A stretch of DNA of 64,000 bases. Origin: Verrucomicrobiota bacterium (lineage in GTDB: Bacteria > Verrucomicrobiota > Verrucomicrobiia > Limisphaerales > JAYTXL01). Both the position numbers and the translations under genes were made by a program. The notes beneath the pieces were generated by a model. It was not told the DNA's origin and did no database searches. It worked only from the letters and a program-made list of their open reading frames with translations. The stretch covers positions 2,745-66,744 of the forward strand of contig JAYTXL010000027.1 in the NCBI GenBank assembly GCA_043742955.1, read 5' to 3'. This document shows, in pieces, positions 29,749 to 37,295 of this stretch. Each line of letters begins with the position of its first letter. Position 1 is the stretch's first letter.

Positions 29749-30941
29749 TCGGGAAGGTGCTGGGCGAACAGCCTGACCCGAAAGCGCAGTTCCTGGTGTT
29801 CTTCCCTGAGGCCATTCAGCCCGTTGTTTCCGCGCTGCTCTCGATCGCGCCGATATTGGCGGTGTTCCCCCTGCTGTTTGCGCTTACCACCGTGGTGGAG
29901 CGCAAGGGGCTCGCCCGTATTCAAAATCGGCTGGGCCCGAACCGGGTTGGTCTGCCTTGGACGAAGCTGCGGTTGTTTGGCTTTGGTCAGTTCATCGCAG
30001 ACGGCATCAAGTCGATTATCAAGGAGGACGTGGTGCCGCGCGCGGCGGATAAGGTGGTGCACTTCCTGGCGCCCATCGCGTTGCTGGTGCCGGTGCTAAT
30101 CGCCTACTCGGTGTTGCCGGTGGGGCGGACCCTGGTGGCGATCGATCTCGATGGCGGTTTGCTCTTTTTCTTTGCCGTCGGCGCGGGCACGGAGCTGGCC
30201 GTGTTTATGGCGGGCTGGTCGAGCCATAATAAGTACTCGCTGCTCGGAGCCATGCGCGGCATTGCGCAAATGATCAGCTACGAAATGCCGCTCATCCTTT
30301 CAACCATCGGCGTGGTCATGGTGGTCGGCTCCCTGTCCCTGCCCAAAATCGTCGAGGCGCAGGGCTTTTTCGGGGGTTGGTTGCCGCATTGGCACGTCTT
30401 TACGCCCTGGGGTTTTGCGGGCTTTATTTTGTTTCTGATTGCCGCCACCGCGGAGTCAAACCGTTCGCCCTTTGATTTGCCGGAAGCGGAGTCGGAAATC
30501 ATTGCCGGTTATTTCGTGGAATATTCCGGTTTCAAGTTCGCCCTCTTTTTCCTGGGGGAATATCTGGGGCTTTTTGCCATCAGCGGCATCGCCATCACGC
30601 TGTTCCTGGGCGGCTGGCAGGCGCCGGTGTCGTTCCTGACGTGGGTGCCGGGCTACCTCTGGTTCTTCGCGAAGCTGGTCACGCTGATTGTGCTGTTCAT
30701 CTGGGTGCGCGGAACGGTGCCCCGATTGCGCATGGATCAACTCATGAACCTCGCCTGGAAATTCATGCTCCCATTGGCGCTCATTAACATTCTGGCGGTC
30801 GGAATTTGGCGCTTCATGGAGGCGGGCGTGGGCCGCTGGATGGTGTGTACGCTCCTGATCGGCGGCGCCTATGTGGTTCTCGGCAGGACGCTGAGCAGCG
30901 GTCCCGGCCTCGGGAAAAGAATCTATCGCTATGCGGACTGA
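29706..30941 (+). CDS. nuoH: NADH-quinone oxidoreductase subunit H
   Basis: ERKGLARIQNRLGPNRVG and a polytopic NuoH/ND1 pattern (YSLLGAMRGIAQMISYE, AESNRSPFDLPEAESE). An alternative start at 29745 forms an ATGA overlap with the nuoI stop. Confidence 0.9.
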   Translation: MQFIWDFLNALVGMIGKVLGEQPDPKAQFLVFFPEAIQPVVSALLSIAPILAVFPLLFALTTVVERKGLARIQNRLGPNRVGLPWTKLRLFGFGQFIADGIKSIIKEDVVPRAADKVVHFLAPIALLVPVLIAYSVLPVGRTLVAIDLDGGLLFFFAVGAGTELAVFMAGWSSHNKYSLLGAMRGIAQMISYEMPLILSTIGVVMVVGSLSLPKIVEAQGFFGGWLPHWHVFTPWGFAGFILFLIAATAESNRSPFDLPEAESEIIAGYFVEYSGFKFALFFLGEYLGLFAISGIAITLFLGGWQAPVSFLTWVPGYLWFFAKLVTLIVLFIWVRGTVPRLRMDQLMNLAWKFMLPLALINILAVGIWRFMEAGVGRWMVCTLLIGGAYVVLGRTLSSGPGLGKRIYRYAD

Positions 30942-31458
30942 AATCATGACGTTCCTGAGCCTGCCTTTCATCGTCCTCGCGCTGCTTACGCTCAGCAGCG
31001 GCTTCGCCGCGATGCGCCTTCGTAACCTGGTGCATTGCGCTCTCTGCCTGGTGCTGACCTTCGCGGGGTTGGCGGGGCTTTACCTGCTGCTCGACGCGGA
31101 GTTCGTCGGCCTGGCGCAAATTCTCGTCTATGTCGGCGCGGTGGCGATACTGATAGTCTTCGCCATTTTGCTCACCCGTAATACCGAGCCGGACGCCAGC
31201 TCGTCCACGGTTTCCTCCTCGTGGCTGGCTGGATTGGCCGTGACCGTGCTGACGGCAGGCAGCATCATCTTCGCCATCATGACCAGTGCGCGAGTCGGAC
31301 GCGCCCTGCCGCCGAAGCCCGATGCCAGCGTCAAGCACATCGGCGAACTATTAATGACGCAATACATCCTGCCGCTCGAAGTCATCGCCCTGCTCCTGAC
31401 CGTGGCGATGATTGGCGCGGTCATCATCGCGATGAAAGATAAGGAATCGAAGCAATGA
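30931..31458 (+). CDS. nuoJ: NADH-quinone oxidoreductase subunit J
   Basis: 175-aa five-TM protein with the NuoJ/ND6-like pattern (VHCALCLVLTFAGLAGLYLLLDAEFVGLAQILVYVGAVAIL). Confidence 0.85.
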   Translation: MRTEIMTFLSLPFIVLALLTLSSGFAAMRLRNLVHCALCLVLTFAGLAGLYLLLDAEFVGLAQILVYVGAVAILIVFAILLTRNTEPDASSSTVSSSWLAGLAVTVLTAGSIIFAIMTSARVGRALPPKPDASVKHIGELLMTQYILPLEVIALLLTVAMIGAVIIAMKDKESKQ

Positions 31459-31472
31459 CAATCCTTTTCAAC

Positions 31473-31530
31473 GCGGAGCCGCGGAGCCGCGGAGAAAAAA
31501 AGCATTCTCTCCGCGCCTCCGCGCCTCTGC
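31473..31530 (+). repeat. Long imperfect hairpin (REP-like) in the nuoJ-nuoK spacer
   Basis: The arms gcggagccgcggagccgcggaga and tctccgcgcctccgcgcctctgc form a 23-bp stem with two C-C mismatches and one G-U pair. The loop is aaaaaagcattc (12 nt). The left arm is a 3x tandem gcggagc heptamer. No T-run follows. Confidence 0.6.
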
Positions 31531-31540
31531 GGTTCAACTT

Positions 31541-31852
31541 ATGACGCCACTAACCGGATATCTAATTGTGTCCGCGTTGCTCTTCGCCATCGGCCTCGCG
31601 GGCGCGCTCACGCGGCGAAACGCCATCCTCGTGCTCATCGGCATCGAACTCATGCTCAACGCGGCGAACCTGAACTTCATCGCTTTCTGGCGTTACGGCC
31701 CGAACCCGGAAGCGCTGACCGGCGTGATGTTTGTGCTTTTTTCCATCGGGATCGCCGCCGCCGAAGCCGCCGTTGGCCTGGCGCTCATCATCGCGATTTA
31801 CCGGCACTACCGGACGACGAACCTTGACCAGATTGATTCGATGAAAGGCTAA
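31541..31852 (+). CDS. nuoK: NADH-quinone oxidoreductase subunit K
   Basis: 103-aa three-TM protein with LIGIELMLNAANLNF and the conserved Glu residues of NuoK/ND4L. Confidence 0.9.
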   Translation: MTPLTGYLIVSALLFAIGLAGALTRRNAILVLIGIELMLNAANLNFIAFWRYGPNPEALTGVMFVLFSIGIAAAEAAVGLALIIAIYRHYRTTNLDQIDSMKG

Positions 31853-31855
31853 GAC

Positions 31856-33205
31856 ATGGAAGAAACCACCAAGTCGAACAATGTCCTGGCCAGTGCCGTC
31901 GTGCGTCAGCACTTCAGCACCATTCTTTGCGAGAACCTCATCACGGCCATTCGGACTTTTCCAGAGCCATCGCGCGTGGATTTGCAGTTCGGTTTGGATT
32001 GGCTTTTCACCAAGCGATTCAAAGCGCGTCTGGTCGGCGTTCATGCACTGTACGCGCATGAAACACTTACCTTCGCGCACCTGATCAGCGAGGGGAGCTA
32101 TCCCGTGCAGATTGGGCCGCTGCAGCACGTCGAAATGGACGTCGGCGAAGCGTTGCCCGCACGTTGTTTGAAACAAGGTCTCTGGCTTTCTGAGGAGAAC
32201 GGGGTTCTGTTCGCCGTCCTGCTCACGCCTGCCGAGCGCTTCGGACATTCGGCGGGAGTCCATGTCGAAGTCGCCATTCCACCTGGTGAAGCCGGCCTGG
32301 AATTATCCCGGGCATTCTTCGACGAGGTGGAGAAGCTCATCAACCAGACAGGTTCTTACCGGGGGAAGGTTATTTCTCTGGAAAAGACGCAGGGATTTGC
32401 CGGGTTTGGCGCCGGCGGCGTCAAGGTTCACCGACTCCGTTCGGTGCAGCGGGAAGAAGTCATCCTCCCGGAGAAAACGCTGCGCTTGCTCGAACGCAAC
32501 GTAAGCGATTTCATCCAGCAGCGCGACCGGCTCAAAAACTTGGGCATGGCGATTAAGAAGGGCCTGCTCTTTTACGGCCCGCCGGGCACTGGCAAGACTC
32601 ATACCATTCATTACCTGGCCGGCCAACTGCCAAACCACACCACATTGCTCATCACTGCCGAACAAGTTGGATTGCTGGATGAATACTTCCAGCTCGCGCG
32701 TTTTCTCCAGCCAGTAATGGTGGTCATCGAGGACGTGGATCTCATCGCGCGTGCCCGCGAGCAAATGCGGGACGCGTGCGAGGAGAGCATCCTCAACAAA
32801 TTACTCAATGAGATGGACGGCTTGCGCGAGGACGCGGCGATTCTGTTCGTGCTCACTACGAACCGGCCCGAACAGCTCGAAGCCGCCTTGGCATCGCGTC
32901 CGGGGCGCATTGACCAGGCCATCGAGTTTCCGCTGCCCGACGAGGAAGGCCGGGCCAAGCTCGTCCGGCTTTACGCGCGAGGCCTCTCCGTGCCCATCGA
33001 GGTTGTGGAAACCATCGTTACCAAGACCAAGAAGGCGAGTGCAGCGTTCATCAAAGAACTGATGCGCCGCGCCGCCCAATATTATCTCCAAGGCCAGGGC
33101 GAAGGGGCATTAAGCGCGGCGCATGTCGAGGCCGCCTTGGACGAAATGCTGTTCAGCGGCGGCAGCCTGAACCTGAAGCTGTTGGGGGGAGCTGTGGAGG
33201 AATGA
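31856..33205 (+). CDS. Classic-clade AAA+ ATPase (single AAA module, ~220-aa unique N-domain) embedded in the nuo operon
   Basis: Walker A LLFYGPPGTGKTH, Walker B VMVVIEDVDLI and a second region of homology TTNRPEQLEAALASRPGRID. It starts 3 nt after the nuoK stop, and its stop overlaps the nuoL ATG (ATGA). Confidence 0.9.
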   Translation: MEETTKSNNVLASAVVRQHFSTILCENLITAIRTFPEPSRVDLQFGLDWLFTKRFKARLVGVHALYAHETLTFAHLISEGSYPVQIGPLQHVEMDVGEALPARCLKQGLWLSEENGVLFAVLLTPAERFGHSAGVHVEVAIPPGEAGLELSRAFFDEVEKLINQTGSYRGKVISLEKTQGFAGFGAGGVKVHRLRSVQREEVILPEKTLRLLERNVSDFIQQRDRLKNLGMAIKKGLLFYGPPGTGKTHTIHYLAGQLPNHTTLLITAEQVGLLDEYFQLARFLQPVMVVIEDVDLIARAREQMRDACEESILNKLLNEMDGLREDAAILFVLTTNRPEQLEAALASRPGRIDQAIEFPLPDEEGRAKLVRLYARGLSVPIEVVETIVTKTKKASAAFIKELMRRAAQYYLQGQGEGALSAAHVEAALDEMLFSGGSLNLKLLGGAVEE

Positions 33206-35635
33206 CCTGGACTGCCCAAAATCTCTGGTTGATTCCGGTGCTGCCGCTGGTGGCGGCGGGGGTGAGTGCGTTGCTCAAGCAGCGACAGCGTGCGCTCGCA
33301 GCGACGCTGGCGATTGGCTCGATGGCCGTGGCGTTCCTGCTCGCGTGCGGTGCTTTTGTGCAAACACTCGGCGGGCATGTGGAACGGCAGGTTCATAACT
33401 TTTCGTGGTTTCAGTTCGGCGAGACCACACTCCAGCTCGGCTGGGTGCTCGATCCGCTCACGGCGGCGATGCTGGTGATGGTCACGTTCGTCGGCGCGCT
33501 CATCTTCATCTACAGCGTCGGTTACATGGCACACGACGAAAACTTCACGCGGTTCTTCTGTTTCCTTTCACTGTTTGCGGCGGCGATGCTCGGCCTGGTC
33601 ATCGCGAACACCCTGCTGCTGCTCTTCATGTGCTGGGAGTTGGTCGGCCTGGCGTCCTACCTGCTCATCGGCTTCTGGTATCACAAACCCAGCGCGGCGG
33701 CGGCGGCGAAAAAGGCGTTCATCACCACGCGTATCGGCGATATCGGTTTTTTCATCGGCATCCTGTGGCTCTACCATGAAACCGGCACGCTGTTGTTCTA
33801 CGACGGCGGCAATGGATGCCTCGAACAATCTGCCATCGTAAAGCTGGTTGCCCAGACGACCTTGGGCGGCATGGCGGTGAGCACGGCGATTGCGCTGCTG
33901 ATTTTCTGCGGCGCCATCGGCAAATCCGGCCAGGTGCCGTTGCAAGTGTGGTTGCCCGATGCGATGGAAGGTCCGACGCCGGTGAGTGCGCTGATCCATG
34001 CCGCGACGATGGTGGCGGCGGGGGTGTTTCTGGTGGCGCGCGTGTATCCGCTAATGGAAGCGGTTCCTGCGAATTCGAGGTTGGCACTTCCAAGTTCTCA
34101 AACTGAAATGGTCCGCCCTCACTCCGGCCCGCTCCCCCAGGAGAGGGAGTTAGCGGCAACGACTCCTGATGGCTTCAAACCCATAAAGCCATCAGCAGCA
34201 CAACCCGGCAGAACCGAAAGCAGTACCGGAGCGGACGCTGAACGAATCACCAGAACACAGGCCAATGTTCCCCCTCTCCCCGGGGGAGAGGGCCGGGGTG
34301 AGGGTGAGCATTCAACCCCTTCCACAACCGTTTCCACCGCCCGCCAGATCGTTACTTGGATCGGCGCGATTACGGCGATTTTCGCTGCGCTTATTGCCGT
34401 CGCACAGACCGACATCAAACGCATCCTCGCTTACTCCACCGTGTCGCAACTCGGCTTCATGTTCATCGGGCTCGGCACCGGCGGGCCGGCGGTGGGCATG
34501 TTTCACTTGCTCACGCACGCGTTCTTCAAGGCCCTGCTGTTTCTGGGCGCCGGTTCGGTGATTCATGGTTGCCATGAGGAACAGGACATCAGGCACATGG
34601 GCGGCTTGCGTCGGCTGATGCCGGTGACTTTCGCGACCTACGCCATCGGCATGATGGCATTATCGGGCTTCCCGCTGGTGTTTTCCGGTTTCTGGAGCAA
34701 GGACGAAATTCTCCACAGCGCCTGGCTGTGGGAACCGAGCAAATGGCCCTTTGTCCTCGCCGCCCTCGGCGCCCTGCTCACGGCATTCTACATGACGCGG
34801 CAGATGTATTATGTATTTTTTGGAAGCTCCCGGAGCGCGGCGGTCCCCAGCCGCAGCGCGCACGACGCACACAGCGGCTCTGAATCACACGTGACGCAGG
34901 GAACGTCAGCCCCTCTCCCCGGGGGGGAGGGAGAAATATTCGCTGCCCTCCGCGCATTCGGAAGCGTACTTGACCTCGCCCGGCGCTGCGGCTGGGGACA
35001 GCCGTGTTCCACACGAATCCCCGGCGGTGATGACCCTTCCGCTCGCCCTGCTGGCGGCTTGCGCCATTCTCATGAGTCTCTTCGGCACGCCGATCTGGCC
35101 ATGGTTTCACGATTACCTTTCCGGACATGAATCCCATTTCCGCCCGGCCATCGATCTGGGGGTGGCCCTGACGATGCTCTTTTCGGTCGCCCTGGTGGGC
35201 ACTGGGGTCGGACTGGGCTGGCGGCTGTATGGTCGTAAACCCCTCACGGATGCGGCGGCGCCGGATGCGCTCGAGCAACTGCAGCCTGCCGCTTTTGGGG
35301 TGCTGCGCGGAAAATTCTACATCGACGAGTTGTACGAAATATCGGTTATCCGTTTTCACGCCTGGTGTGCCCGTGGCTCGCGCTGGCTGGATGATACGAT
35401 TTGGAATGGGGTGGTGAACGCGCTTTCTGGGTGCGTCCTCGCGTTGTCATGGTTGAGCCGGTTCATCGATGAGTTGGTGGTCAACTTCGGCTTTGATGAA
35501 GCCTGCCGCCGGGTGCGTGACGGAGCGAGGCTCACCGCGCGATTGCAGGATGGCAAAGTGCAAAACTACCTGCGCGTGATCGGCCTGTCCCTGGCGATTC
35601 TGTTGCTGTTCCTGATCTGGGGGCGCGGCCAATAA
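33202..35635 (+). CDS. nuoL: NADH-quinone oxidoreductase subunit L, enlarged; reading frame broken once (+1) inside a repeat element
   Basis: ORF 33202..35130 carries the NuoL motifs WELVGLASYLLIGFWY and AGSVIHG. ORF 34970..35635 (frame +1) carries the remaining NuoL part, HESPAVMTLPLALLA...FYIDELY...QNYL. The total span of 2434 nt equals 3n+1. Deleting one G of the G7 run at 34921-34927 gives a continuous ~811-aa protein. Confidence 0.8.
34116..34308 (+). repeat. Inverted-repeat-flanked structured element (MITE/REP-like) inserted in frame in nuoL
   Basis: The left arm ccctcactccggcccgctcccccaggagaggga (34116-34148) is approximately the reverse complement of the right arm ccctctccccgggggagagggccggggtgaggg (about 34272-34304). 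The right arm contains the perfect palindrome ccctctcccc-g-ggggagaggg. An internal 10-bp hairpin is ctgatggctt-N10-aagccatcag. The element translates as ...PHSGPLPQERE...PPLPGGEGRGEGE... Confidence 0.6.
34843..34999 (+). repeat. Second inverted-repeat-flanked element in nuoL, coincident with the frame break
   Basis: gtccccagccgcagcgc (34843-34859) is the exact reverse complement of gcgctgcggctggggac (34983-34999), a 17-bp perfect inverted repeat 123 nt apart. The interior contains cccctctccccgggggggaggga, related to the palindrome of the first element. Confidence 0.6.
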
Positions 35636-35646
35636 TTTACCAGCTG

Positions 35647-37200
35647 ATGCATTCATTTCCCCTCCTCACCGCGCTGACGTTCACCCCGTTCTTGGGGGCG
35701 GCGTTGTTGATCGGCTTGGAGTCGCGACACAAGGCCCTGGCGCGCCGGCTGGCGTTGGGCTTTAGCTTGATTGCACTGCTGCTGGCGGGCCGGCTCTGGT
35801 TTGATTTCAATCCCGCCACCCAGGAGCTGCAATTTCTGGAGCGCCACGCCTGGATACCCACGCTCAACGTGGAGTATTTTGTCGCGCTCGACGGTTTGGG
35901 CCTGTTGATGGTTCTGCTGACGGCCGTGGTCGTGCCGATGGCCATGCTGGCGTCGTGGCGGATGGAGGAGAAGGTTCCCCTCTATTTTGCGCTCGTGCTC
36001 CTGCTGCAGGGCGGCCTGTTTGGCGCGTTCACGGCCCTGAACTTTTTCCATTGGTTCATCTATTGGGAGTTGAGTCTCGTGCCCGCGTTTTTCCTGATCA
36101 AGCTCTGGGGTGGTGGGCGGCGCAGTGCGGCGGCATTTCAGTTCTTTGTATATACCATGGTTGGCAGCGTCACGATGCTGCTCTCCTTCGTGGCGATCTA
36201 TCTGGCGACCGGGACGTTTGATTTCATCGAGCTGGCCGACCTGGGCCGCAGCGGCGGTCTGGCTTCGGCGCTGAACGTTAAGCTCTGGTTTGCCCTCACG
36301 CCGAACCAGCTCACCATGCTCATCTTTGGCGGGGTCTTCCTTGGTTTCGCCGTGAAGGTTCCGCTGTGGCCCTTTCACACTTGGCTGCCGGCGACTTACT
36401 CCGAGGCACCCACCGGCACGACCATGCTGCTGACGGGGCTCATGTCCAAGCTGGGAGTCTATGGCTTCCTGCGCATTCTCCTGCCGCTCTTTCCGGAACA
36501 GATGAGGCAGGTGCTCACGCCACTACTTTGGCTCGCCGTGGCCACCATCGTGTTTTCCGCATTTGCCGCCGTCGCCCAAACGGATCTGAAACGAACCCTC
36601 GCCTACTCGTCCATCAACCACCTCGGCTACTGTCTGCTCGGACTTTTCGCCGCCCTGCAAGTCACCCCGAACGAGCCGCGGTGGGCATTGGAGAAAGCGG
36701 CCGCCCTCAACGGAGTCCTGCTCCAAATGTTCAACCACGGTCTGACGGCCTCGGCGCTGTTTTGCTTCGTCGGCTTTCTGGAGCAGCGCGGCGGCGGGTT
36801 ACGCGGGTTGAATGATTTTGGTGGGCTCCGCAAAGTGGCCCCGGTGTTTTGCGGTTTGATGGGGATCGCGCTCTTCGCGTCCCTCGGCCTGCCCGGATTG
36901 AATGGTTTCATCGGCGAGTTCCTCATTTTTAAAGGAGCTTTCCCCCTCGCGCCGTGGGCGACGGCCGGGTCCGCCATCGGGCTGCTGGTGACGGCGATTT
37001 TCATCCTGACAATTTTGCAACGGGTATTTAACGGGCCGCTGAATGAAAAGTGGTCGCGTCTGCCGGACCTTACCGTGGCTGAGCGGCTGATCGTGGTGCC
37101 GGCGGTCGCCTTGATGCTGCTGCTCGGTATTTGTCCTCAGATGGTGATCGGGCTGGCCAATGCAACCGTGCTGCAGTGGGTGGAGCACTTGAAGTTTTAG
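35647..37200 (+). CDS. nuoM: NADH-quinone oxidoreductase subunit M (copy 1)
   Basis: 517 aa with the ND4-type pattern FIYWELSLVPAFFLIKLWGGGRRSAAAFQFFVYTMVGSVTMLL, plus HTWLPATYSEAPTGTTMLL. Confidence 0.9.
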   Translation: MHSFPLLTALTFTPFLGAALLIGLESRHKALARRLALGFSLIALLLAGRLWFDFNPATQELQFLERHAWIPTLNVEYFVALDGLGLLMVLLTAVVVPMAMLASWRMEEKVPLYFALVLLLQGGLFGAFTALNFFHWFIYWELSLVPAFFLIKLWGGGRRSAAAFQFFVYTMVGSVTMLLSFVAIYLATGTFDFIELADLGRSGGLASALNVKLWFALTPNQLTMLIFGGVFLGFAVKVPLWPFHTWLPATYSEAPTGTTMLLTGLMSKLGVYGFLRILLPLFPEQMRQVLTPLLWLAVATIVFSAFAAVAQTDLKRTLAYSSINHLGYCLLGLFAALQVTPNEPRWALEKAAALNGVLLQMFNHGLTASALFCFVGFLEQRGGGLRGLNDFGGLRKVAPVFCGLMGIALFASLGLPGLNGFIGEFLIFKGAFPLAPWATAGSAIGLLVTAIFILTILQRVFNGPLNEKWSRLPDLTVAERLIVVPAVALMLLLGICPQMVIGLANATVLQWVEHLKF

Positions 37201-37295
37201 CACTGAATGGACACGATTAAAGACGCAGTTAAATTGGCCCGCCGCGATGAATTTGTCAGAGTGACTGAAAATTATCGAACTCCCGCGTTCTGACC

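Noticed and set aside
31856-33205. AAA+ gene as a recently inserted mobile cassette in the nuo operon
   Set aside because: There are no flanking direct or inverted repeats and no recombinase. GC content and codon style match the neighbours, and the spacings on both sides are 3 nt and a 4-nt overlap. It looks like a native operon member.
33202-35635. Treating 33202-35130 and 34970-35635 as two independent, overlapping genes
   Set aside because: Conserved NuoL blocks are distributed collinearly across the two frames, and the last ~75 codons of the first ORF are repeat-derived read-through. One interrupted nuoL is the simpler reading. A genuinely split subunit is kept as an alternative in the findings.
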